From Octopus bimaculoides (lineage: Eukaryota), in the NCBI RefSeq assembly GCF_001194135.2, contig NC_068982.1, forward strand, positions 48,441,019-48,505,018: a stretch of 64,000 nt of DNA, given 5' to 3'. Shown one piece after another: positions 51,437-63,985 of the stretch. How positions within the stretch are numbered: position 1 is the stretch's first letter; every line of letters starts with the position of its first letter. Position numbers and translations under genes: made by a program. The notes below the pieces were generated by a model that was not told the DNA's origin, did no database searches, and saw only the letters and a program-made list of their open reading frames with translations.

Positions 51437-52959
51437 AGGCAAGAAAAAAAGGTAGGGTTAGTTGATATAATCAATAGTACCTGACTGGTAATTTATTTTA
51501 TTGAATCCAAAAGGATGAAAGGCAAAGCTGACTCTTGTAGGATTTGAACTCAGAATGGAATTGAGATGGAAAAAAGACCACAAATCAGGTTTTCTGATTT
51601 TTTAAAACTAATTTTCCAACAAAACTCACATCACCCACCCACCATGCACAACAGAACAAACTGTAATATAATACAAGAAAGAACAGGCTAAACCATAGAG
51701 CACCTCAAAATTGTTGACCTTGTGTCTATATTAGGAATAATCATTATCTTTTTTACCTTCATTGCTGTCATCAGCGTCACCATCATCATTTGACATTGCT
51801 AGTCTAGTTAAGATATATGATATTTTACAAGCAACTTACACATGCAAGTGCTACCAGTCGAAAGTTTGGTGCAGTCTTCTGCCTGGCTAGCTACTGTCAA
51901 ACCGTCCAACCCATTCCAGCATGGAGGGAGGACGTTAAACAATGATGATGATGATGATAAATAAAAATCTAACACATAAATATTGATAGTGTTTCAACTG
52001 TAAGTTTGTCTCATAACTGAAACAAACTATTATTTATTCTCATGTGAAAATCGTGCATTTTCTTTAAGTTTGAAATTGTCACATCAGCTATTACATGGAT
52101 ACTACTGTTGAGAGGCTGAAATTTATGCTGGAATCCAAAATACCATAACAGTAACAGACTCCCAAATGATCTCTTAACCGACAATAAAAAAAGAAAACAA
52201 TGAAGTATAATAATAAAAATATATTTGCACATCAGAATACACACTTCCTAATAATTTTGTGTCTTTGTATCTCCTGTCCTAACATCAAGTGATAGCTATA
52301 ATGGAGTGTCACCATCATATTTCAGTGTTATTTGGTTCCATTGTTCTGTAAAAACATATCTGGCCAAGAGGAAATATTACTTTACTTGAGAATAGGTGAG
52401 AATTGGTAGCTATAGAAAATTTGCTTCAATGAATTCCATCTGATCTATGCATACTTGGAAAACTGAATGTTAAAAGGAGTTAAAATGATGATGTATAATA
52501 CATACATACAAATGAACACGCACACACACATTTTGTAATTGGTTGGAGATGGCAAAATGTAAGCTTTCGTGAAAACTTTAGGCTAATACAATATCAAATC
52601 TAATTATTTGGTGTCAGAAAAGGTGGGTAAATTCTGTCTGAGAAGTTAGAATACAACTTCTTAGCAATTAAAAATTTGCGAAGCTGAATGTTTATTCAAA
52701 ATGGAAACTTGCATGAAAAAAAAAAAAGATAAATAAATAAAAATAAAAAAATTGCTGGGTGACAGACTGTGACATTCACTATCACATGCAAATGATATCC
52801 TATTAAGCTTGATATGAAACAGTCTGTAACAGTCTGTAATAGGACAACTACCAGATTAAAGTTTAGATAATGAATGTTAAATTGATCAAAAGGAAGTGTA
52901 TTTGGTGAAAAAATATAACTACAGTAATAAAAGCAGCAAAGACAATTGTATTTCCATTA

Positions 52960-54790
52960 ATCTGTTCTCTACCCCAAATTATGTGCTAATGTAATGCTTG
53001 GCTCAGACCTCCAATCAAAGCATGACAAAGTAACATTTAATTTATAACACAAATGTTATAAATGTCATACTAACACCAACCTGCAATATCAGTTTGTGGA
53101 TTGAGTATTCTTAACATTGACCTTCCTGATCTTGCCAGCCTGACATCTGACTATCATTGTAATACTACAAAGTTACACCAATAGTCACACCAATTTATAG
53201 TTCATTAGATGGGAGATTAACAGATTATTAAAGGAGAGAATAAAAGAGTCAAAGCAAATCACCTTCAAAAGCTTAGATTCTAGTAACAAAGGATGAAAAC
53301 CAAGAGAAATGTCTAGTCATTGACAATTCACATGCCATCAATATATTCACACAGCTGGATGCATTCCCATTATCTCACATAACAGATATTGTCAATAAAA
53401 TAGCTCAATATTCTGTATTTAGCACCATTGATCTCTGCAGTGCTTATCATGAAATACCAATTAAATTTGAAGAAAGGCCATATACTGCATTTGAGGGAGA
53501 CAATAGACTATATCAATTTACCTGAGCACCGTTTGGAGTAACAAATTTGCCAGCTTTCAGCAGCAGACGAACAAGTTTCTCAAAGAAGAAGAGTTGTCTG
53601 CTGTATTCTCCTTTCTGGATAACATTACTTTTTGCAGTAATTATCAACAGAGTCATAATTACAAACTTTCTCATTTTCTATGTGTTACTAAGAAGGAAAA
53701 TATCCCAGCTAATGATGAAAAGTGTGTATTTTCTACACAGAAGTTAGATATTTTTGGTGATATTGTTGAAAAGAGTGAAATTAGGCCTAATCCTGAATAA
53801 TGAGCACCTCTCCACAAACCTCCTTTTCCACAAAATACGAAACAACTAAGGACTTTTCCTTACTATTTTAAATAGGTTCCAAACTTTTCTGAATGCATAA
53901 AATCATTTTTGGGTATTACAGAAAGGCCTGTATCTGAAAAGGCTATGTGGACATTTGATCAATTTAAATGTTGAAGAGGCAGTAACATCTATTGATGAGA
54001 ATATTACTTTTAAAGTCCAGAGTGATACTTCAGATTACACTATTGCTACCAGCCCAAACCAAAAATGTTTCCTGTTACTTTCTTCTCTCATAAACTTAAA
54101 TATTCTTCCATGGAAAAGCCATCATCAAATCTATTAAATATCTGAAAGTCCATTATCTTACTTCAGAACACTTTATTCTAAGGGCTGATCAGAAGTTAGT
54201 TGACTATAAATTTAATCAATATCATAAAGGTAAAATGATGACTGATAGGATCATGCATTGAAGAGTAGATCTTTCAGGTCATGAGTTCAACATTGAATAT
54301 TGACTTGATAAAGATAATATAACTTTGGATATGTTATATCAATCTACTATAGCATCTACTCAAGCGTCCTGTACAAATCTTTGTGCCATTTATAAGTAAG
54401 CTGAATAATTTTGTCTGCAGATATAATCTAGAATTTACAATGGAAGAAATAAAGAAAGTAACAAATTTCTGTCAGGTTTGTTGTAAGTTTAAGTCATAAG
54501 CATTATCATACATAGAAAACATATAATTAAAGTAACACAACCTTTTGAACAGCTTAATGGTGATTTCAAAGAGTTCTTACCAACAAATAATAAGACCTAA
54601 TAATTAGTTAACATTATAGATGAATATTCATGTTTCCATGTCTAGATATGATGTCATCTAATGTCTTGTGTTTTCTACATTTAGTTTACCAGTGCCTAAC
54701 CATTTTGATCATGGAGCATCTTTATGATTTAGGAACTTTGACAATTTTATCTGTGAAATGAGTTGTTATAAGGAGGAAAAGCCTAACCAG
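52960..54790 (+). mobile_element. decayed Ty3/Gypsy pol (protease end, RT, RNase H, integrase), no LTRs seen
   Basis: LPQxCANVMLGSDLQSKH; LVIDNSHAINIFTQLDAFPL...FSTIDLCSAYHEIPI...YTAFE...LYQFT*APFGVTN; FLDN (YxDD position); EKCVFS; VQSDTSDYTIA (RNase H); CQVCCKFK and QPFEQLNGDFK...IIDEYS (integrase). Many stops and frameshifts. Confidence 0.92.
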
Positions 54791-55198
54791 TAAACTAAGC
54801 ACCTTCACAAAATACATTCATCATCATCGCTATAACCATTTAACGTTTGGTTTCTTTGCTGGTATGGGTTGGATGGTTTGACAGGAGCTGGCTGGGCAAA
54901 AGACTGCATCCGACTTCTGTTTCTATTCTGGCACACATTTTACAGCTGGATACCCTTCCTAACACCAACCACCCAGCAGAGTGAACTGAGTGCTTTTCAT
55001 GTAGCACCAGCACAGGTGAGGAATATGAATAATAGGGCTATTGATAAAATTAATCAAGTTGAAGGTGATATTGTCAGGCTGGTCTTCTGCATGCACAGAA
55101 GTTTCCCCACTGTGAGTAACACAGGACTTGAGGCACCTAAAATCACAGATCTTCTTGAGTCATATACCACTGTTGTTACAGCTTAACTGGAAACTCTC

Positions 55199-55735
55199 TC
55201 ATCTCCAGTGATAATCATGTATTCTATCATCCTTGCACAGAGATAGACCAAATCCAGCTGAAACAGTCCTAGCAGGTGCTAACAAGTCTTGTGCATCACA
55301 CAGCTTATGAGCTGCAATGGCATGATCTCCAGCACAGCCAAAATAAAACACCTTGCTGATGACCTGACCATCTTCACCGAACAGTGCGGAATGCATCCTA
55401 AACAAGGCCAAGATACTATCTGAGAATGCAGTCCACAACAACCGCAAAGGCAAAAAAAGAAGCAGAGTGTCTTTCTGAAAGATAATTGTTTCTGCCAAAA
55501 TTCTCTCTAAGGGTGGGTTTTGCTGGTATTCCTGAAGTGCTAGGTAGCAGGTAATATCAGTTATTGTTTTGGAGACTTCTGCACTGTGGTGGGAGACGAG
55601 AAGTACTTGGTTGCATTGAAGCTGTTGGCAAAAACACAGAGCATAGGTTGGGGTTCGGTTGAGGCTGATGGATAAGAGGATAAAGATTCCTGGTGCAGCA
55701 TTGTGAAACACATCTTCCTCGCAGCCACTTGAAGA
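55199..55735 (-). other. unidentified codon-structured repeat, copy A
   Basis: Stop-free 179-codon minus frame. 55380-55618 has an inverted, diverged counterpart at 55889-56125. Protein family not recognised and sense strand ambiguous. Confidence 0.5.
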
Positions 55736-55764
55736 CAAATACACACATGCACACAAACATGCAT

Positions 55765-55807
<43 letters not shown>

Positions 55808-55827
55808 CACACGCNNNNNNNNNNCAT

Positions 55828-55870
<43 letters not shown>

Positions 55871-55888
55871 CACACGCACACACACACA

Positions 55889-56125
55889 CAATGCAGCCAG
55901 ATAGTTCTTATCTCCTACCACAGTGCAGAAGTCGCCAAAACACAACATCTGAAATAACCTGTCACCTAGCACATCAGGAATGCCAGTAAAGCTTACCCTT
56001 AGAGAGAATTTTGCAGAAACAATGGTCCTTCAAAAGGACATTCTGGCTCTCTTTGCTTTTGTGTTTGTAGTGAACTGCATCATCAGAAGTATCTTAGCTC
56101 TGTTCAGGATGAGTTCCTCACTGTT
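55889..56125 (+). other. unidentified codon-structured repeat, copy B (inverted relative to A)
   Basis: Aligns by eye with the reverse complement of 55380-55618 at roughly three-quarters identity. Shared blocks include ACCACAGTGCAGAAGTC and ACCCTTAGAGAGAATTTTG. Confidence 0.7.
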
Positions 56126-56707
56126 GATTTGTTCTATATAGTTAAAATGAATTGTTTTAATAGTTAAAGGCAAGATAGAAAAGCTATAAATAATAACATG
56201 TAAATATTGGATTAAAGAAACCCTTTTGTAAGAATAAATTTTTTTAAATGCATAAAGAAATTTGAAGGATTGCTTTGGTCAAAAGGTAGAACATCCATCA
56301 TGTTTACAGAAGATGTATGCTCAAGTCACACGGGTGGCCTTCGACTTTTTCTATCCAAAGGGCTTTTTTTTAACCCAATAGTAATATGCTATTATTCATA
56401 ACTTTACTACTTGAAGTTCAACTTTTGAAAAGGATTTATTTCATGTTCTCTCGAAGTTTCTAAATTCTTATGACATCATCCTCAACAACAGCAACAACAC
56501 ACACGTATTAATGGTACATATTGATTTACATTTGCATGCATTTTTTCATGATTCTATTCTTTTCTAGCTGTTTTTCTGAAATGATATAGACATAATCCAT
56601 TGAACAATAGTAATGAGCCAAATAAAATGTCATTCTACAGATGCATGAGGAGAATATTATTCTATTTTCTCTTCTATTAGAAGGATAGAGTGGGAAAGAG
56701 AAAGAAA

Positions 56708-56748
<41 letters not shown>

Positions 56749-57865
56749 GGGAGAGAGAGAGAGAGAGAGAAAGAGAAGAGACAGCACTTAAAAAAAAACC
56801 ATTCAGAGATGCATACAAAATATTTTGCTGATATAAATATTCTATCTTGTTTTGTATTTATGTATTTACAACAATTCTGATATATTACATTTAGATATCA
56901 TATTCATTGTTTTCTTATTCTAATGTAAGAGATATATTTATATTAAGTATTATTCACATTCGTGGAAATAATCTTGGAGGCATAAATATATTAAAACGTG
57001 AAGAAGAAATAAGATTTAACCTAGTTTCAAATGTAATGTAAACAACTTTTTTAGTTTGCACTGCATCTCTATTGTCCATCAATATGTTTATCTCAATTTA
57101 TAAATGCTATCTGTAATATATTATTATTATTATTGTTATTATCATTATTATTATATTTATTATATTATCATTTTTAATGTTAAGCTTACCTTCATAATGA
57201 TTCATAATATTATTGTGATCTGCTGCCAATTCATTTTTTATATTTTATAAAAACGTATATTAAGTATTGCTTATTGAGATATACCATATTTATACAATTA
57301 TATTCAGGAATTAGGTCATAAATATTGCATGGTTTTAAAAATGAATTGCAACAAATTCTTCAGATAAAGCATACTTACACACACACACAAAACACACACA
57401 CACAAAACACACACATGCACATATGTTAAAGTTATATTAATAATAATTTTGATTTGTTTCATGTATGTCAGAAATATCATGCACATTTGTATTTAAAAAA
57501 AAAGGAAAATACTATGGAGGAAGTACCTGAGGAAATGAAAATTCTATGGAGGAGGCACCTGAGAACTCTACCCTAGCAACCTCTTCAGGAATAGGGGGTA
57601 GAGGAGATGGACGATTGGATAAAACAGTGGATAAAATACCTTCTGAATTTTATTAACCTGTTAACTATACCATGTTTCATTATCGATCTGTTACTGGATG
57701 AGTGATGCATTTTATTCTTGAGTAAAACACTTCATCTCATTGCTCCAGTTCACCCAGCTGTAACTGAGTAACCTTGTGATGGATTGGTATTCTTTACAAC
57801 AATGCAAGGAAGTGCATTGTGACCAGCAATGTATAACAACATCTGATAGTCTGGTCAATATGGTG

Positions 57866-57921
<56 letters not shown>

Positions 57922-57923
<2 letters not shown>

Positions 57924-58470
57924 GTGTTTGTTATGGTTGGTCAGTGAGCGACCATTGGTTTCACACCTATAAAGCACTTAACCGTATAAGCAACTCAGCA
58001 GACTCAAATGGGCAGAGGGAGGAAACTTTCATGGTCAGTTAGTTCTGTAAACAAAAAATATATGGACAGAAACCTGTAGGTAGGTGGGATGGGGTTATTC
58101 CTCTTACATTGATCCCTGCTGTGAAAGTTTACAAAGTCCATGGTGTGTTCCTATTCAGCAAATGGGAACTTCCAAGCTTGTAATAGGAAACGCCTCTGAT
58201 GAGGGCATTGACTAAATATTTCTTTTCTGGAGTTTAAAAAGACCCCCAGATAAAGTGAGTTTTACAGGATTCTTGCTCTCTCAGCCAAGCAAAGCTTGTA
58301 TCATTTGCTCCTGTTGAGATATGACCCTGGCTGTTTGAGAGGCCTCCATTTAATTATGTATGGCATGCTCTCCTCTTTATAAATATATTAATATTTCACT
58401 TAGGCATAGAGGTGGCCAGATAATATCCATGGTCTCCGTTAGTAACGCTTGGGAAGGGTTTAGTGATAGC
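57922..58470 (-). mobile_element. Penelope-like element 3' remnant (GIY-YIG endonuclease C-terminus plus 3' region)
   Basis: 58360-58151 translates YIIKWRPLKQPGSYLNRSK*YKLCLAERARIL*NSLYLGVFLNSRKEIFSQCPHQRRFLL, matching the PLE pattern IKW...Y....K.C.LCL.EK..I....LN.R.E....C.H...FLL. It ends at a (TA)n tract. Confidence 0.82.
57945..58006 (-). ncRNA. type I hammerhead ribozyme-like motif (core variant A6C) in the Penelope 3' region
   Basis: UGAGU-CUGCUGA-[GUUGCUUAUA-loop-UAUAGGUGU]-GAA-ACCAAUGGU-C-GCUCA. Stem I is 5 bp, stem II is wobble-rich, stem III is near-palindromic, and the site is GUC. Confidence 0.72.
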
Positions 58471-59189
58471 AGCTTCTGGTAGGACCCTATGGAAGTTGTG
58501 CCTGAAGACTCTACTCCAACAACCTTCCCTAGAATAGGGGACAGAAATTTTTTTTACGGAAGTGGTTGAGTATCATGGTAGCTCTACTAATTACAGATGA
58601 AATGTTACTGTGTGCTAACACTAACAATTATTAAGACATCCAGCCATACAAAGCATGTCAAAGCAGACATCAGAGTGCGACGCAGTCCTCTGGCTTACTA
58701 GCTCCCATCAAACTGAACACTCTATACCAGCATAGAAAATAAACATTAAATGATGAAGACAAAGATGATGGTGATGATATTAATGTTTTACGCATACATA
58801 TATTGTATCATCTATTAAATAACTAATTAGGGATATCTCAAGTACAGTTTCATTAGCCTGACTCAGTACATTTTACAACATTACTTATAAAATACTACTT
58901 GAGTATTTCAATTAACATTTCTATAAATTCTGAAAATACAAACAAATTTATATAGAAGTTATAGAGAAGCATATGGGTGTAGGTATGGCTGTATGCTAAG
59001 AAGCTTGCTTCCCAACCACATAGTTCTGGGTTCAGTCCCACTGCAAGTAACTTCAACTATAGCCTCAGGCTAACCAGAACCTTACAAGTGGATTTAGTAG
59101 ACAGAAACTGAAGAAGCTCATCATATGTATATATATATATAAAGCACATTTTAAGTATATATAATGTATATATAACTCAAGAAGACCTG

Positions 59190-59425
59190 TCCACCACAGC
59201 AGAATCAGTACCGGTGCTGGTATCATATAAAAAGCACTCATGCTGGTGCCATGTTAAAACCACCCAGTACACTCTATAAAGTGGTTGGCATTAGGAAGGG
59301 AATCCAGCCATAGAAACCATGCCAGAACAGAGAATGGAGCCTGGTGCAGCCCCTAGCCTTACCATCTCCAGTCAAATTGTCCTACCCATAGCAGCATGGA
59401 AAATGAATGTTAGATGATGATGACA
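59190..59425 (+). mobile_element. RTE 3' tail with two short units
   Basis: AAAAAGCACTCATGCTGGTGCC...CACCCAGTACACTCTATAAAGTGGTTGGCATTAGGAAGGG...GATGATGA. Similar tails at about 22200-22455, 22500-22690(-), 33675-33795, 44050-44210, 48355-48520(-), 50175-50340(-), 51850-51960, 54820-55015(-) and 60610-60766. Confidence 0.82.
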
Positions 59426-60799
59426 CACACACACACACACACACTGCATATAATTTTTCTCAATGACAAAATACAGTAAATGGCTTCATTGCAGGCTCGA
59501 ATATGTCTCAAGCATTTTTGAACTGGTAATAAGTTTATATTTCTTATAAATATTTAGCTGGACAATATATAAAAACAGTGAAGCAGTAAAACATTGAAAC
59601 TGTTGGAAATCTGAAGAATTCTGAGAGCTCATCTCAAATGTTCAAGGAAACTATTTGTTTTTGTCTAATGGGAATATACTTAACATAATGTCTCCAAGGT
59701 AACAACAGTACATTTAATTTAAAATTCTTCATTCTCCAATTATATTTTCAAATGATAATAGTTAGCTGAGAGAGAAACACATTTTTAAAAAAAGTTCTTT
59801 ACAAATCGTTTTGAAAGAGCATAAATTAGAATTGTCTACCATGAGAATTGATACTGATATTTTTGTCCAAGTCTCTATTGCTACAGATAATACTGAATTG
59901 AATCAGAAATGCTGACTTGCATTTTCTATCTTCATTATTATTTATTTTGACTACTTCCACAAAAGGTATTAGAATAACCTAGCAACCAGTTGGACATCTA
60001 TGACCTATACACTTCATTTCACATTTAGACAAGAATAGTCTTCACATGAAGCATCTTTAAATTACCAAACAAACACGTTTTATTTCTTTTTGTTAATTAT
60101 GGTTAAATCTATTCCTAAGAAAGTGCTTAGTTAACAATTAAGTCGTGTGTCGTCTTTCTTTTTGTTTTGAGTGAGGAAGAGTTATTGAGAGAAAATATGT
60201 AAATAAATAAATCCATAGTCATTATATTACAGGACTTAATTTCAATTTTACACATATATTTTATATATATTGTGAAGGTGCATGGCCTAGTGGTTAGGCT
60301 GTTACACTTACAGTCACTAGATCATGGGTTTGATTCCCTGATTGGGTGACGTGCTGTGTTTTTGAGCAAAACACTTCATTTCCCCCTTTCAATGAGGGGG
60401 GAATGTTGGCTTATTCAACTAGCCAGCAGGATGGTGTTATTTGAAGGCTACAACAATGCAAAACGCATTGTGACCAGCGATGTGTAACAACATTTGATAA
60501 CCTGGTTGGTCACATAATTATTTTATATCTGTCCTCTTTAATTGCATGGAATTATTCTGAACATTCAGATTTCATAGGTTTGCAAACTACATGGCAATCT
60601 CATTAATATCACCCAGTACATATTGTAAAGTAGTTGGCATTAGGAAGGGTGTCTAGCTGTAGAAACCATGCATAAGTAGACACTGGAGTGTGATGCAGTC
60701 CTTGAACCCATCAAATCCTGTTACATCGTCCAACCCATGCCAATGATGATGATGATGATGATGATGTCTCCTTGTGGAGACTGGATGTGCATGTAAAGA

Positions 60800-61180
60800 C
60801 ATTATTGTCTTTCCACTCAATGGATCCTGTAATGCAGAAGACAACATATGTCTTAGCATTACTCAGTAAGACCTTTGTCAGCTACTCACATGTTGTCTAC
60901 TTAAAGCTATATACATGGCTATATATGCTATATGTGACACAGTTAGCATCTCAAGTCTTGTGCAGAATATCGGTCTACTGGAAGCAGTCCAGAGACATAC
61001 AACCACAGGAATATTCTACATCAGTCACTTGCCATACCTTGAATGTCTTGTTTCCTCGGATATTGACAATGTTTAGTAGCTGACATAGCAGAAGCACACA
61101 AGATTATCCACCATCTTTGCAACAACTTTGGCCACTTTTCTGAATTCAGTCTCACCTCTACACATAAAATAAAAATAGAG
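60800..61180 (+). mobile_element. degenerate CR1-like LINE C-terminal fragment
   Basis: VMQKTTYVLALLSKTFVSYSHVVYLKLYT... and IGLLEAVQRHTT...HLPYLECL resemble KA..L..I.RTF.SR....L.LY..LVRP.LEY and DI..LE.VQRRATK.I......Y.ERL. Confidence 0.75.
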
Positions 61181-61876
61181 TGTAGTACCTATGATTTTTG
61201 GAAACATTTTTTCATATTCAAAATTGCTAATGCAGAAAATAAACTACACACATTGGTTGTTAGCTATCAGAACACAGCATTCTTCAAAAATTTCATGCCC
61301 TCCTAAAATTTGCAAGCACTATTCCCGAAATGCCTATGTAACCTATCCTTTTCATAGATCTTTTGCTGTTTACTTTTCTGTCTTCTTATGGGTTGTCTTG
61401 TGTATTATGCATTTATTTTTGGCTATCATTTCTGTCTTTCTTCATTTACAGCTGCTTTCTGTTTTCTCTTTCATTCTTTTCAAGTGAGTTATATCACACC
61501 AGAGCACTGTATACAATAAGCTCATTATTACTATTTTTTATCACACACACACACATGTAGATAATGATACAGATAAACCTGATTAGGTGTGACATATATA
61601 AATATACATACATGTATAGCACTGATCATTCACTGGTTGTGTATCCATGTCTTTTTGCACATTCTAGCTGCTAACTATGAACATCACAATCAAAATGTAA
61701 TTTCAAGATCCCAGAAACAGCTGTTGAGTTAATAAACTATGTATTCTCTCTTTAGTCTTCTGCATTTGTTATACTCAATGCAAAAGTAAATTATTTGTCC
61801 AATATGTATAAATACCTATGTTTGTGCATATGTGCTTATCTTCTGAATATATCTAGTATTTGTATCTATCTATCTA

Positions 61877-61926
<50 letters not shown>

Positions 61927-62174
61927 ATGATGATGATGATGATGATGATATATATATATATATAGCCTAACCATGTTTATTTGTATCACTATATCCATAT
62001 CAGCTCACCTGAATTTCTCTTATTGCCACCATTTACCCTGTGGACCTAGTCCTCATTAAATATTTCAGAGTTTAAGTTCAAATCAATTGAGCATACTACT
62101 ACTACTACTTGTTTTCTATATTGAGCATCTCTAGATCTCACATATTGACTGTGTATACATACACACATAAATAT

Positions 62175-62337
62175 GTGTGAGTGGTTGGCGTTAGGAAGGG
62201 CATCCAGCTGTAGAAACTCTGCCAAATTAGATTGGAGCCTGGTGTTGCCATCCGGTTTCACCAGTCCTCAGTCAAATCGTCCAACCCATGCTAGCATGGA
62301 AAGCGGACGTTAAACGATGATGATGATGATGATGATA
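62175..62337 (+). mobile_element. young RTE 3' tail
   Basis: 62195-62315 matches the reverse complement of 27121-27241 at 118/121 nt (hand count). Ends in (GAT)n. Confidence 0.92.
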
Positions 62338-62418
62338 TATATATGATAGAGCATAAATTTCTCTATTGTACATGCTTCTAAAAATAACATCCTATTACAT
62401 TATACATTTACCACTCAC

Positions 62419-62484
62419 CGAAATCAATTCTTCTCTCACTTAAACATTCCTGAAGCACACAGCCTATCATGAAGTGTTTATAGT
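62419..62484 (-). CDS. candidate coding exon (DYKHFMIGCVLQECLSERRIDF)
   Basis: Strong CG|GTGAGT donor on the minus strand, ttgttttggtgatcAG acceptor, 66 nt phase 1-1. No recognised homology. Confidence 0.22.
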
Positions 62485-63094
62485 CTGATCACCAAAACAA
62501 ATTCCTCTTCCGATATATAAATTCTCACCAAACAAGTTATGCTAAAAGTACAATCATTACATTTTTGCTGATGTCAATACTTATATCTGTAAGATATTTT
62601 TCAACAACTAATCAAGGTATCATAGAATGCCATTAAGTTATTCCTTGAGATTAATTCTTCTTGGCAATATTTTGTATTTGAAAGCAAAGTCAGTAATAAC
62701 AGAACTGTATCTCTTAAACCTACAGAATATTACACCACAGAACAGTTGGATATGCCATTAAATAGAGATTTTAATCATTCACTCTAACTAGACACTAAAT
62801 TCATAACTATATTTTCGAGGAATCAATATTTGTCTTGAGATATTTATATAATATCCTTTCATAGGGAATTAGTTTTATTTAATTTGTTCAAGGAAGGTTA
62901 CCAATTATAAATAAACTGATCTTTATATTAACTTCCTTTTTCTTTGCATATTATATTTCAATTTTTCATACTTGATGTAGGTAGTGGTTAACAATTTTTG
63001 TCACAGTTGCATGTTCTACCCTGAGTTGTTCTATTCAATAATGTAAGAATGGAATCAAACAAATAAGAGAAGACAAATAACTATAGTATATGTA

Positions 63095-63985
63095 CAGGGC
63101 ATGATGGGTAAGTTGTTGCTATTTTATATTTTAAATTTCACACATATACATGGTTTGTTTTTTATTTTGTTGGTTACACAGTATAGCTGAGTCAGTTGGG
63201 CACTGCCCATGAGAAAAACAACACCATGATGCAATTCATTCTGCCTGAAATTTGGAAATGACATGCTGTACTGCTTGGCATTCATGCCAGAAGCTCCAGT
63301 ATGAACTTTTCAGAGTGCTTGGGTTTCGTCAATCTGAGGACAGTGTAATGTGAGGAAATATACCGAGAGTGATAAAAATCAAACATCCAGTCAACATCAT
63401 GATGTTTGGAGTGATCACTAGTGATGGCGACATTATGACTCTGTTTATCTTACCACATGGCCTCAGACTCAACACAGATGCCTACATCAAGTGCCTGGAG
63501 GAGGCAGTGCTGTCCTGGGTAAAGTGGGTGGTTGCTGGAAAGCCCTATGTCTGACAACAGGACCCTTCACCATACCACACAAGCAGGAGAACCCAGTCAT
63601 AGCTGTCAAACAATTTCTGCAATCACATCACCCCTAACATCTGGTCACCTAACTCCTCAGACTTCAAACTCCTTGATTATTGAGTGTGGTGCGCAGTTGA
63701 GCGAGAGACCAACAAAACTCCTTGTAACACCAAAGATGAACTGAAGGCAAGGATTGTAACAGCATTCACCAACTTAAACAAGGAGACAATCCAGAAGAGT
63801 TGCAGGAGATTCCAAAGTCATCTGGAGGCCGTGGTTAAAGTCAATGGCGATTTCATTGAATAAATTTACTCTTTAGTATTTCAAGATATTTTTATGTACT
63901 TTGGTAAATATGTCTGTTAAAATGAGATGTCAGTGTTAATTTCAGTTTTGCATAGTTTATATGACAATATATTCACCACATCCTA
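63095..63985 (+). mobile_element. internally deleted Tc1/mariner transposon, DD37D (maT) type, pseudogenised
   Basis: KHPVNIMMFGVITSDG...PYV*QQD...IWSPNSSDFKLLDY*VW...RFQSHLEAVVKVNGDFIE*. There are 37 residues between the QQD and LLDY aspartates. Degenerate ~27-bp TIRs with TA on both sides. Confidence 0.9.

Noticed and set aside
58188-58215. GAAAC...CTGATGAG on the plus strand within the Penelope remnant
   Set aside because: It is antisense to coding sequence and has no stem II or downstream GAAA.
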